64,000 bases of DNA, from the NCBI GenBank assembly GCA_010093815.1, contig ML996566.1. One strand, written 5' to 3'. This DNA is from Pseudovirgaria hyperparasitica (lineage: Eukaryota). The translations under genes and the position numbers were made by a program. Numbering within the stretch: position 1 is the stretch's first letter; each line of letters opens with the position of its first letter. Positions 29,199 through 41,881 of the stretch are shown piece by piece. The notes under the pieces were generated by a model. It worked only from the letters and a program-made list of their open reading frames with translations, ran no database searches and was not told where the DNA came from.

Positions 29199-32100
29199 AT
29201 GGAAGCATATCCAGATGATTATGTTGGGCATAACCTACCCCTGGTCGTGCTCTCGGGGTTAGGGACAGATTTGCCGGTAGAGGAGCATTCAAGCTCGTAC
29301 GATTTCATGCTGGAGACCGCAACGCATATCAAGTCACCGACCGACATACCACCCATACAGGGCGAGCGAGCCGATCTGCTCTTGAGAGAGTTCATCAATG
29401 CAGATGGGCGCAGAGCGGCCTGGAATGCAAGGGCTCGTAATGCGAAGGGCGGGAGTGTCTGCACGCGGTTCAAGGCCATTGGGAGAGTATGTATACCTGA
29501 GTCTATACCGACTCTGCCTCCTATTAACAACCAAAAAGGAGTTTGTCTTACCTCCACACAAAGCCGCACCTCCTGAACTATCTGATGACCTGATTTTATC
29601 GACACATAATTCTCAAACCTCCTCATGGATCTTGCACTCACCTCTATCGCCTTTGTCTCCCAGCTCACCGCTTTATCCGGACGGTGTGATGAGCCCGGCA
29701 TGGATTGCAAAGCATCAACATCACATTCCTGCTGTATTCGTTTCTTTTTTCAACTTCAAAACCTCTGACCCTAGTAAGAATGACTCGCACGATAAACAGC
29801 TAATCGATGAGATATCCGGGATCAAGTCTGTTCTTCTTGAATACAAGATCAGGTATGTGGTGGTCTTCCTCAGCGACACGACCATCATCCAGTCTCCGGA
29901 GATCGAGGACAGGTTAGCAAGTATTCGGAGAGCGAACAGTCTAGATCCGAAGAGCTCAATGTTCTTTATCCCCCCCAATACGTCTACGAACGAATTCCCA
30001 ACGTTTGTCCAGACAGTACTCGTCACTTTACAACCACTATGCGTCGAGTACTACAGAGACTTGACGAAGCATGCTCGGCGGAAGAAGGGAAGGGGAAGTG
30101 TGCCTCCCCCAACCGTACCACCCACCCAAGGTACGTCTCGGACGCTCTCCAACCAGGGATGGGGAATGCGATATGACTTTAAGTTGGGGGTATTTGCCGA
30201 ATTCCGCCAGGAAATGGATGCTGCGTCACGACATTACAATATTGCGCTAGACTCGGTTCTTGGTCCTGATGGCATTTTCGAAACTTTGCCTAGTTGGTCG
30301 CCAAGATGGGACGAGACTCGGATGCTTGGAGATGTGATTGCGGTCCGATTGATCCGGTGCTTACTGTGGAATGACCAGCCCACTTCAGCTGTCCAGGCGT
30401 GGTCGATGTACCGAAGAAGGATGCAAAGTCTGCTGGACAGAAGAGGAAAGGGAACTTCCAACTACGGCTGGGCTGCGTGGGAATCACGATGGGCATGTAT
30501 CATGGCCGAGATTGTAGATCGGGCGGATTTGCCTGTCTTCATAGTGCGGGAGCCGAGAAGGGATGGCGGCGCCCCGGGTGCTCGTGTGAATGCGCTTTTC
30601 TCGCCTCCTGAGAAGGCCTTCCCGGTTGGTGAAAGGTTACAGCCTTGGCAACTGTTGCACCATCCGGGCTATTGGCTCAGACTTGCAGCAAACCATGCCA
30701 GACGGAGGAGAGATCTCTCAGAAGAGATGCCTGAAGAAGACAGGGTCTTGCCCAGCCAGGCGGCGGCGACAAAAGGGGCAGATCGCTACGCATCCTACGA
30801 CCTATATCTCGTCCCACCGCCTCATATCGAACAACCTCTCGAGGGCAATGATGGTTACGACCATTGCAGTGAGATTTCTGAGCTTCTAAATCAAGCTATC
30901 AGCCAATACTTTGCTCGAGGACAGCAGAGATTTGTTGACCGATTGAACCTGGAACTGGGATGGGCTCTCCTTCATGGCAAGAGATACTCCGACGCCCTCA
31001 GTGTGCTGAAGCCATTATGGGAGGGAATGAGTTGGCGGACGGAGGGGTGGTGGCACCTTGCGTCTGCCGTGACCTGGGCCTTGAATGAAAGTGCATTCCA
31101 CTGCCAGGAGGCCAATGTTCTCGTCTGCACAGAGTGGGAAATCTTGTCTAAAAGTAAGCCAGGATATTACGCGTTCCTTGTATCAGTTCATTGACAGTTT
31201 CTCAGCGTTACCCAGTCGGTCAGAGCGCACACACGACCTCATGAAGTGTCTTGACCCAATACTTTCGGCTTATCATGGTATTGAGAAGACTCGTATAACA
31301 CTATCATCCTCGACCTCTGTCTCTCCGTGTAAGTTCTTCTGCCCCTTGCTGAACTGTTACTGAGAATAGTAGTGCATGTAAACTTTGCCTTTTCAGCTCT
31401 CGAGGGCCATGTTGGCGAGCCGCTGCTCGTGCAGTTAGTTCTGACTTCACACGCGCGCAATGGCTCGAAACCTTTGTTGCTTTCTGAGCTGTTCGTGTCT
31501 TTTAAAGGATGTATCAGCGAAGTCCGACTTACGCACTCGGCTGCATCTGACAGCACTGGTGCGTCTACGGTACAGCAGATAGTTCTCCAAGAAGCATCTG
31601 CGCAGCCCCGCCAGAGCTATTCGCACGTCTCGAAGTGGACTGGCGAGGCAGATCTGTCAATACATGCCGGCCAAGTCAAGGCTTTCAACTTCCCGTTAGT
31701 CTTCAGGGACGCCGGCGATGTCACAGTGACAGGGACTACACTAAACATCGACGCTGAGCAGTTTGTCCTCAGTTATAGCACAACGCCCAAAGAGAGCCAT
31801 ATACCCCCAGCATGGTGGATCAAAGGTGCTCGAGGAGTCCGGCCAAAACAGCCAAGTCGAGAAGTTGGCATATGGACACACATCCTCCCGAAGCCACCCA
31901 AGATGGACATCAACATATCCAACCTCCAGAAGCAATACTACACCGACGAGCCTGTCACGCTCGACATCGAACTCTTCAACCACGAGGACGAGGACACCGA
32001 AGCCGTGATTGAAGTCCGCCTCCTCGGCGGCGCAAAAGAAGCCCTTGAATTTACCTGGCTTGCGCAAGACACCACGACATCCCAACCTTCCGCAACTCCC

Positions 32101-33285
32101 AATGCAGTAGACCTCCCAGGACACCAAGTCGGCCGCCTCTCCATCAACGAACGCCGCACCGAACGCATCCACCTCGGCGCGCCCACCGAGCCGTCCGCGT
32201 ACGCAATGGAGATCAAAGTCCTCTACCACCTCCTCTCCGACCTCTCCACGCCCGTCTCCAAGATCCTCACCGTAGACCTCGTCTTCGCCTCGCCCTTCGA
32301 AGCAAGCTACGACTTCCTCCCGCGCGTCCACCCAGACCCCTGGCCAAGCTACTTCGACCCATCAACAGCACGCTCCCCGCCTGACCTACCCACCACCCCC
32401 GAACCCGCAACCGGTATCCCCCAGGCATGGCTCCTGCACGCCCGCATCGCCTCCTTTGCCACATCCCCGCTCCTCATCATAAGCTCGTCCATCATCCCCA
32501 AGTCTATTCCCCCAGGAACAACCCTGCACACCCGCAGCACATCTCCAAGCGCCTCCACCGCCGACCCAGTTCCCATCGCCCCACACGAACTCACAAACCG
32601 CTCCTTTGCCCTCACGACCCGCAAACAAAGCCTCGACGAACGGCGTCCGGCGACGCTCGATCTCAGCCTCGCAATAACATGGCGCCGGCCTTCGTCGCCC
32701 GCAGATCATGCAATAACAACCACGCTCCCCATCCCCGCGTTTGCCCTCGCCGGCGCCGAGCCCCGCGTCCTGGCATCCGCACATCCAAGCCCTGTACCTA
32801 CAGCCACAGCCACAAGCACAACCACCAGCACATCTACATCCACATTCCCAAATACAGCAAGCACAAGCACAAGCACCACAAGCACATCCACATCCCCAAA
32901 TACAACAACAGCAAGCACCACAAGCACAAGCACAAGCACAAAAACACAGATAATCCACCTAACATACACGCTCGAAAACCCAACGGCACACTTCCTGACG
33001 TTTGAGCTCGGGATGGAGGCCAGCGAGGAGTTTGCGTTTGCGGGGCCCAAGGTGCGGCGGGTGGGGATTGTGCCGCTGAGTCGGCGGCGGGTTGTGTTTG
33101 CTTTGCTGCCTGTGCTTGGGAATATGGGGGTAGGTGCAGGTGTTGGGGATGGTGGAGACAAGGGCAGGTGGATTAATCCGGTGCTCAAGGTGACGGATAG
33201 TTATTTCCACAAGACGCTCAAGGTCGTTGCAGCAGAGGGGTGTAGGGGGGAGAAGAAGGGGGTTGGGGTGTGGGTGCCGGAGTGA
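29199..33285 (+). CDS. TRAPP complex subunit 11 (foie gras/Gryzun domains)
   Basis: MEAYPDDYVGHNLPLVVLSGL, EYYRDLTKHARRK, RYDFKLGVFAEFRQE and C-terminal YTLENPTAHFLTF. Three introns. Confidence 0.88.
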
Positions 33286-33390
33286 GTGACATCTAAAGTG
33301 AGAGCAAGAGGGAGATGGAGATGACAATCTTATTCTTATCGCGATACATGCATGCATAGAAATCGGTCTATTTTGTTCCTGTAGCTGTTC

Positions 33391-33392
<2 letters not shown>

Positions 33393-33423
<31 letters not shown>
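33393..33423. repeat. (GCT)n microsatellite
   Basis: About 10 GCT units between the convergent TRAPPC11 and ceramidase 3' ends. Confidence 0.9.
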
Positions 33424-33424
<1 letters not shown>

Positions 33425-33557
33425 GGCTACATCAAGTAGTGTGTCTAGACTGGCGTGGTATAATGCTACAACCCTTGCCCCAGTATATGCCCAAATCTCT
33501 TTTAATGTGTGTATAAATATCCAAGCATGTGCCAATTGCAAGTGCTAGGTCTATCAT

Positions 33558-34664
33558 TCATATCGTCTTCTTCGATGCTCCGTTTCCGGCCTGCACTCTC
33601 CGCGGTATTCGCTCGACGAATGGCAGGCTTGTAATCAGGCGGGGCCAGTGCATCTCGTACTCGTCCTGCTTGCCGTTCAGGCAATGTCTCAGCCAGACGC
33701 CCCATGTAATGTAAAAGTATGCGCCCGTGCCAGTCATCAGATGCCACCAGCCGTGGCCCTCGAGCAGGATGCCCCAGGGAAGACCAATCTCATGCCTCCA
33801 GCTGCGTATTGTCGAGCAGAACTCGTTGTCCAGGTTCCAGATCGCAAAGCCCAAGAGGAAGATGAAGAGGCCGTATCCAACCATGGCCCACATTCGGATC
33901 AGAATATCCCTGTCCCTTACATCCCTCCGCTGTAGCTCTGCGGTCGGCTCGTGGCTCAGCTTTCCCATTTTTGATTCTATGTCTGCGAGGTCTCGTTTGC
34001 GCTTTGCGGAGGAAGGGCGGAGGGCTTGCTCCATGACGAACATGCTACGAATGAGGACGATGGCGGTCAGGATGGCGTATGCGTTCTGGTGAAAGTCTGG
34101 GTCTTGCAGATAGTGGTAGTAGAGGGTGATGAAAGCCGCGAGGGCGAACAGGGCTATTCCAAGCAGCACCTGGAAGCGTCGGCTGTGTCCGTGGCCGAAG
34201 CAGGCCCAAAACATGAGGCATGTCGTGTATATCATGGAGAGTTCATCGACGAGCTGCATTGGGTCTGAGAAGCGCGGGGTCATTATTGAGCATGGACAGT
34301 GCAGCGGCTATAGCGATCTTACATTTGAGCGTCGCGTGGAAGGCAAAGCTCCCGCTGCCCACAAGGAAATAGCCACAGAAGGTCACTAAGAATATGGTAT
34401 CGTGGCCGTTTCTCAGACAGCTCCGAACGCCAAGTATAGCGAGATATATAAAGAGCAGGTTGGTCAGGGTGTTGACGATCTCAGCCGAGTATGGGGTAGC
34501 ATAGTAGTCCTGTCAGCAATTAGTTTTGCGCGCTTCAAGACGGTGGATTGGGATCTCGCCTCTTCGCACCAGTTCAAAGTGGAGGTGACTGGAAGCCAGT
34601 ATCCAGTCTTCGGAGCTGGGTATGGCACCGAAGGCAGCTTCTTGAACATGTCGAGTATCGCCAT
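33558..34664 (-). CDS. Alkaline (phyto)ceramidase, YPC1/YDC1 family
   Basis: TSTLNWCEE|DYY..AEIVNTLTN, SFAFHATLK, MQLVDELSM and EGHGWWH. Two introns, the first GC-AG. Confidence 0.93.
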
Positions 34665-35341
34665 GGTTCTGGATATATATGTGGTGTCTCGGTCGAGAGA
34701 TGGAAGAGAAGAGCGTCAGGTCAAGGAGACAGAGTTATTTCTAAGATTCGGAAGCTGCGGAAAGATGATGCGGTGCGGACCGTCGAACGAACGGGTACTG
34801 TACTGTAGTTGGGGTCAGGCACACGAAGGAAGTAATGAATAACAGGCTCAGCAGAGGTGGTCCGAGGTGGCCATGTCTGGATGGTAATAAGCGAGGTAAT
34901 AGTGAAGATGAGGGAGTTTGACAGGAATGTGTGAGAGAAGGGTGAAAGGAAGGATTGATAGGAGTAATAGCAGACAGAGGTCACTGTTGTTGCTTCCGGT
35001 TCAGGCAGGGACAACTGGAGAACTTCACATGCAGGAAAGAATGGAAGGCGCCGGTGAGCCAAGTGACGTAACGTGGTCGCATCGCGCCTGCTGCAGCCAG
35101 GACCGACTTACCAGTAATTAATCAGGCAGCAACACAAATACCTCAATTACCTGTTAGCAGGCAGCAAGGCATCCATCGGCGGGGACCCTGAGGCACCCAT
35201 TCCCCCACTCTCCCACGTGACTACCTCCGATCGCGCGTCTTGGCCGCGTTCGCCTCGCGTGGCCGTCAAAAGTCAAAATGTTGCATTTGACCATCCATCT
35301 CCTTTGTCATCTGTGCTTAATCGAACGTCAAGCAAGACATC

Positions 35342-35876
35342 ATGGCCATCCCAAACCAAAAGCTCCAGCAGGTGAGTCGATGGGCCGCGCCACTACCCTG
35401 CTGCGTACTTTTTCTACATGCTGCTAACGTTCAGCCTTGTCGGGCGGGTGATTTAGCTGCTGGAAGAGATTGAGCAAAAGGCCATGTTCTCGCAGCAGCA
35501 GATCAACATTGTCAAGTCCCAGATGGCAGCCAAGAACCGGGAGAGTCGTATGGTGCAGCTGACGGCAACGGAGCTGAGCAGTCTGCCCAAGGACACGAAC
35601 GTATACGAAGGCTGTGGCAAAATGTAAGGCTGAGGAGGAGCTACGCTGCTGCATCCCTTGCATGTATGTGGACGGGTGGAAGAAATAATTCTCACGCATG
35701 CCAGGTTTCTGTGGAGCCCGTCGGACGAAGTGAAGAAACGGCTTGCGACGGAGAACAGCGAGCTCAAGGCAGATGGCGAGAATCTGGGCAAGAAGCTGCA
35801 CTATTTGGAGACGACGTACAAGAACAGTAAGGATGGGATCGAGAAACTGCTACGGGCTGGGCAAGGAGGGGCCTGA
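35342..35876 (+). CDS. PFD1: Prefoldin subunit 1
   Basis: MAIPNQKLQQ|LLEEIEQKA..VYEGCGKM|FL..KKLHYLETT. Introns 35372-35456 and 35624-35704. Confidence 0.9.
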
Positions 35877-37394
35877 AGGGATGGACCATCACTCGTGCTT
35901 TGGCATCCATCTCTACAGTCTGCAGTCTACAGCAAGACAGCCATATGGATATGGAAGTTGGAGCAATCAGATAGAGCAGGAATGATATCCAGTCCAGTGA
36001 AAATGATGCGTCGACCGAAAAAAAAGAGACATTGGAAGGAGGCACAGTGAGCGACGAGAGACATGTAGTAGCAGTAGTAGTGTGCACGCGATGATTGATG
36101 TCAGAGGTATTGATGAGGCTGGGAAGAATGATAGGACGACATGGGCCAATCCTTGTGCTTGGGCATAAAACTGGCCCCCAGGCATGGATGCAGAGTGTAG
36201 TAGACGGCATCATCAGCTGGTGGAGGCCTCGATCGGGCACCAGCTTCATTCATTCGCAATTGCACGGCGACGTCAGTGTCTGGCGAGGTTGGGCAGGAGA
36301 TTGCGCAACAGTGATATGGATTCCTCTCAGCATGTCCCAGCGTCAGTGCGATATGATGTCGATGTGGCTGGGAAGTGAGTGAAGGGTGCTAGGATGGTCC
36401 ATGCTAGAAATAGCAGCACGACGCCCGCTAGCAGTAGCAGTAGCAGTAGTAGTAGTAGCAGTAGCAGCAAGCACCAACAGCCGCTCGGCAAGGCGACTGT
36501 GGACTCAAGCAGTGGAAATGCCAATGCCAATGCCCAAACCACCACCACCACCACCACCAACCAACATGAATCAATCTCTCACACTGTCCGTCTCATCAAC
36601 CGCCAGTCCAGTACGTACTGCGTCTGCTCATGATGGTCGTATACTCGAATAGCCCAGCGCTTCAGGATGGATGAAGATGAATATGGGCTAGCAGCTAATT
36701 AGCTACAGCGCGCGCGCGAGAGAGAGAGAGACCTTGGGCTGCTGCGCCTGGGGACATGCGACATGACATCTGATGGATTCATCAATTAGTACTAATTAAT
36801 GATTGATTCTCGAATCTTGGATCAGCAAACGGGGGCCAGACAGGGTGCACGTTGCTTTTTGTTTGTTTCTGACGGCTCTGGCCATGCATGATAGATAGAT
36901 ATAAAGGTCTGGCTCAGCCCTGGACTGACTTTTGGCTGATTGCCTATCGAGAGCATCCATCCGTCTTATAATTACACCGTTCACTGCACTGCACTGCACT
37001 GCACTCCTCAGCTGACTTTGCTGCGTCGTCGTCAGCTGCAAGACATTGACGCCCTCTCTTCTTGTTCTTGTTCTTGTTATTACCATTATTGCTGTTATAT
37101 CATTTCATCCGCCGCCGCCCCATCGCTCTTCTCTCGTCTCTTCTGCTATTATTCATTAGCCATTAGCGCCACTCACTGTCTGGCCGCGAATCCTTCGTCG
37201 TTATCGTGTGCCCCACCATCCCACCAACGACCGAGAGAGCCATCAGCCGCACGACTCAAAACTGCTGCTATTTTCACCCTTCAAAACCTGTCCAAGCCCC
37301 CGTCTTCTTCTGATTCTTGTCGACTCTCCGAAAAACTCCTCTCACCTGTATTTCAGTCGTCTTGTTTACACATCACCCCCAAAACACCACAAAC

Positions 37395-39037
37395 ATGCCC
37401 GCTCCACCAGGCGCCTGGGACGAGGAAGACGAGTACTACAGCTCTGACCGCCACTGGGGTGCTCGCTATGTCAGACCGCCACCACCACCACCGCGACCGT
37501 CATATCTGGATCCTCGAGCTCCTGGAGGCTCGCGCGCCGACGTCTCATATGGTCTTCACCGTTCGCGCTCTCAAGGCCATGCCCCGGCTCCAAACGTGAC
37601 CATCTACAACACCGTCGATGCCGACCAACAACCCTACATCGCCAACAGCCCTAGCGCCAGAAACACGTCTCGCGGACGACCTCAACCCGCATCGAGAGAC
37701 TGGGAGCTCGAGGATCAGCTGGCCGAAATGCGCCTCGAGATGGCGCGCCAGAGGTCACGGTCACGTGGCCAGGCAGATCACTATCACGAACACCACCGCA
37801 GTGGCTCTCACTCCCCGACATACAACAAGCGGATCGAACTTGAGCTGGCCAAGGAGCGATTGCGGATGAAGGAGGAGGAGCTTGAGCGGGAGAAGCTGGA
37901 GGAGCAGATCAAGCGAGAGTACGAACTGCGGCGCGAAAAGGAGGCCCGGAAGCGCCAAGAACGCGAAACCGAAGAGGAAGCCGAGAGGAAACGCATCATT
38001 GCCGAAAACACAATGAAGCTCGAGAGAGCCGAGCAGGAGCAGAAGGCGGCACGGCAGCGGGCCATTGACGAGTGGTCCAGGAAGAAGGCTGAAGAAGAAG
38101 CGGCTGCCAAGGCGGCCCGCCAGAAGGCCATAGACGACTTCAACAAGAAGACGAGCGAGGAAGAAGCCGCAAGGAAGATTGAGCGCCAACGGGCCGTCGA
38201 CGAGTTTGAGCGGAAGAAGCGCGAAAAGGCGGAAGAGGAACAGGCCGCCAAACAGCGCATCATCGACGACTACGAAGCCAAGAAGAGTCTCGACGCGAAG
38301 AAGCAAAAGGAGCAGGAAGAGGCTCTCCTGGCGAAGCTCAAGAAGCAGGAGGAGGAGAAGAAGGAGAAGGAGAAGAAGGAATGGGACGAGTTCCTGGCGA
38401 AGCAGAAGAAGCTCGAAGAGGAGGAAAAGGCCAAGAAGGAGGCGGCGGAGAAGGAGTTTGAGCAGAAGATGGCCGAGCGCCTCATGAAGTCCGGCTTCCA
38501 GCAAAACCAGATCGACGCCATCACCAAGCCGGAAAAGCAGCAGCACCTGCCTCCAGGCTTCCTGCCGAACAACCCTCTCCAAGCCCCTGCCCATGCCCAT
38601 GCCCCTGCCTTGGCCCCGGGCCCGGGCCCGGCCCCCGGCGGCCACCAACCCACCTTCATCAAGGTCCACCGCGACCATCTCTCGATCGACACGCTAACCT
38701 ACTTTAACATTCCATGGCGCTACGACGAGGTAAGCTTTCTCTCCCGCCATGAACTTGTATCCCAAACAATTGCTAACAACAAGGCACCCAGTACGACCGC
38801 AACTACTACATCATCCTGCGCGAAATGGACAACACGGAGACGGACATGCTGTTCGAGCATACCCGCCGTCTGCGCACACGCACCACCACCTCGCTGCTGA
38901 TCGAGGAGCGCGATTCCCGCCGCGGCAAGCCCGAGTATGCCTTTGTCCGGCACAAGAGCAAGACGCGCGCCGTGTCGCCGAGTCCGGCCCGGCGGCGGAG
39001 GAGCTCGCCGAAGACGGTGGGCCTGCGCCTGTTCTGA
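37395..39037 (+). CDS. Conserved fungal hypothetical coiled-coil protein
   Basis: Long E/K/R coiled coil, then PTFIKVHRDHLSIDTL..IPW|..YIILREMD..TDMLFEHTRRLR. Intron ~38730-38791. Confidence 0.75.
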
Positions 39038-39703
39038 CTTCTGAGTGCGTCTTGTCTGGCCTGTGAATTGAACTATGGAAAAATAACTACGTCCCTTTTT
39101 TTTTTTCTTTGGCACTTGGAGCGAGCGTGTTTGGGCATCTCTCTTTGTCTCTGCTTTCTCGAGCGATCGATCATCCAAAGTCAGCGACCCGGGGGGGAAG
39201 GGATTTTTATATCCGATTTTTGGCTGTTTCATCATACTTGGAGACACGATTTGTTGGGTTGGGCATTTACATCTACATACATACAGTTTGACATGTATGT
39301 TCGGACGATTTTCTTGCACAGGTTGTCTGGGAGGGCGGGGAGGGGCAGCGGAAAGGGGGATCTAGGGGGTGCCAGGAAGGTCTCTCTAGCTGTCTTGTTT
39401 CCTCTCATACCTGTGTCTAGATAGCCAGGCAGGTGTGAATGGACGAGTAGTTTTTGTTTTAGGAAATCTATATATATATATACATGATACATGATACATT
39501 GATACACCCACACATGCACATGCACGTACGCGCGCGCTTCCTTCAGCGAGTCAGGTCGTGAGCCAGCAGAGAGTTTCCACAACAGCCCGGTAAAATAAAC
39601 ACCAAACGCCATGCTCACTCACACCATCTATTCACCCCCTCTCTTCACACACACACACACTCTCTCTCTCTCTCTCTCTCTCCCCCTACGAACCTCACCC
39701 AAA

Positions 39704-40814
39704 TCACCCCTCCACCCTTCTGATAATCTCCTCATACACCGTCCACGCCAACGCACTACTCATCCCCTTGCGCACCACCCGAATCCCCACCCCCTCCATC
39801 AACACCCCCCACCCTTCCTCCCGCACCATGCGCGCCCCGGCTCCAAGCATATGCCCGTACACGCCCGGAAACAGCTGAATGCGCGTCTTGATGGCATCAA
39901 ACGGATTCGTCGCCGCCGTCGCTCCCACGCTCGCCGCCACCGCGCTCGAGAAGTTTACCGCTGCGTGGCTTGTTGCGCCTGCTGTTCCTCTTCCTCCTCC
40001 TCCTCCCCCTGCTCCTCCTCCTCCTCCTCCTGCTCCACTGTCCGCATCCCCACGAGGGGAACCAAGAAACACACCCCCAAGCCTCTCCTTGCAAATCTCG
40101 TACCCGACGACGTAGAGCCCCGCATACGGCGCGTCGCGCACGGCCGTCGCGCCGAAGCCCGCGAAAAAGCCGCGGATGCCTTCCGTAGTGTAGATGTGCC
40201 GTGCTGCGCGCGTGAGGGAGGTGTAGGTCTGGGTGTAGACTGTGGATTCGAAGCGGACTTTGACGATGGTGATGGGCATCATGAGGAGGCCTGCCCAGGT
40301 GCGTGCTGCGGCGCCGGTGAGGAGGTTGAGGGTTGGGTTTGTGTTTTTGGTGCTACTACCACTTCTACTGCTGCTGCTGCTGCTACTGCCATTGTTGTTG
40401 TTATTGTTGTTGTTGTTGTTTGTGCTGGTGCTGGGACTCGGACGCGGACTCAGATTCCCAAACCCGACGCGCAGCGCGTTGAGCGCGGAAAAGTAGAGCG
40501 CGCTGCCGAGCCCCGTGCGGACGGCGGACGGGATCGTGCCGCGCCAGAAGTGGCGGATGGGCGTGGGGCCGGAGGCGATGGTGTGGATGGTGGAGAGGAG
40601 GGTTGTGGAGCGGGATTGTTGGACGCGGGTTTTGAGCAGGTCGGCGGGTTGGAGGAGGATGGCGGTTAGGATGCCGGAGGAGAGGCCTGCGAGGAAGTGG
40701 ACTGTGGGGTTTGTGTGGTGGTTAGAGGGGTGGGTTGGGTGAGGGAGAGGGAGAGGGGGAGGAGGGAGACGTACAGGAGCCTGGGGCGTGGCGCTGGGGT
40801 TGGGTCGTCGACAT
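39704..40814 (-). CDS. HEM25: Mitochondrial glycine transporter (SLC25A38)
   Basis: [44 protein letters not shown] and [10 protein letters not shown]. One intron near the 5' end. Confidence 0.88.
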
Positions 40815-41383
40815 TGTAGAGGTGGGTTATGTTGCTTTCATGGTGTTGAGGTTGGGAGGAGGTCGTTGCTTGGTAGGTCGAGAGGGTTGAGATGAGGTTG
40901 GAAGTTTGAGAGAGAATAAGAGAGAGCGCGCGTATGAGTCGTTGCGCGTGAATTCGGGTCAGATATATATGTGTGTGGTCGTGGCCGTGGATTGACCGTT
41001 CTTTTCGGGATTAGACGATGCTTTCGTGAGGTCATCCACTCATCCTTGCACGCACGGCTCGCTCCCCTAGGCTTCTTGTTCGCGTTCGTGCCAGGTTTTT
41101 CATGTGAGACGAGCTCTACGTAACGATCTTAGGGAACCAGGATATCAATTGACGTCGGCCTGGCGTCGTCGGTCGAGGCAGGTGTGCTGTCGAGTTCTTG
41201 TCAAAACGTTGGTCTGCGCTCCGGCTCCGAGCTCCGACGTTTTTCTACGCCCTGCATCCAGCACCAGTTTCTTTCGGGAATAGCTCACACCCGCCTCGAC
41301 AAAAATTTCGGTTGCATTTACCAGTCAAGGCTCTCTACTAGCTAACCTATCGCACACCAAAGCACCCCAAAAATCAAAACGTT

Positions 41384-41474
41384 AGGTCCTACCCGGATTC
41401 GAACCGGGGTCACCGGAAGATTCAATTGCACTGGCATCAGAATCCGAAGTGCTAACCAGCTACACCATAAGACC
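41384..41474 (-). tRNA. tRNA-Gln (CTG) with ~18-nt intron
   Basis: GGTCTTA/TAGGACC acceptor stem, TGGTGTAGCTGG A box, TCGGA-TT-CTG-A anticodon arm, GGTTCGAATCC B box and downstream T runs. Confidence 0.93.
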
Positions 41475-41881
41475 GTTTGTGCAATCTTCGCTTATGCAAT
41501 ATATATTCATATTTTTGTGAAACTCCTGAGCCCTATCACACAACGGATACGAATGCGCGAGTTCTGACGCCTCATCTAACGTCGACCACGGACTACATCA
41601 GTAGTAATAGAGTACCTCGCCACCATCCCTCTACACCAAGGACCTAGACAGTGATATTACACTATATACCAATGTTCTTACGCCAGAGCCCGTCCGATGG
41701 CTGTGGCAAGGTTGCGACCCCACCCACCCCTCTCGTCGCAACAGTAGAAGCACGCAAGATGCAACACCCATGACGCATTCGTTGCTGTATATATGACAAG
41801 GTAGTGATCAGTCGTAGAATACTAACCTTCCAGCTTACTCCATCGCACTCCCAAGTCTACGTTCCACGTCCATTCGTCATC

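Noticed and set aside
36327..36652. Poly-Ser/poly-Thr ORFs
   Set aside because: Products of (AGY)n and (ACC)n microsatellites in intergenic DNA.
36981..37005. (CACTG)n pentamer repeat near a TATA-like box
   Set aside because: Ordinary simple repeat with no evidence of function.
37761..38692. Long antisense ORFs opposite the coiled-coil gene
   Set aside because: Leu/Phe/Ser-rich shadows of GAG/AAG codon repeats.
39611..40669. 352-aa + strand ORF
   Set aside because: Antisense shadow of HEM25 in GC-skewed, stop-poor sequence; no motifs.
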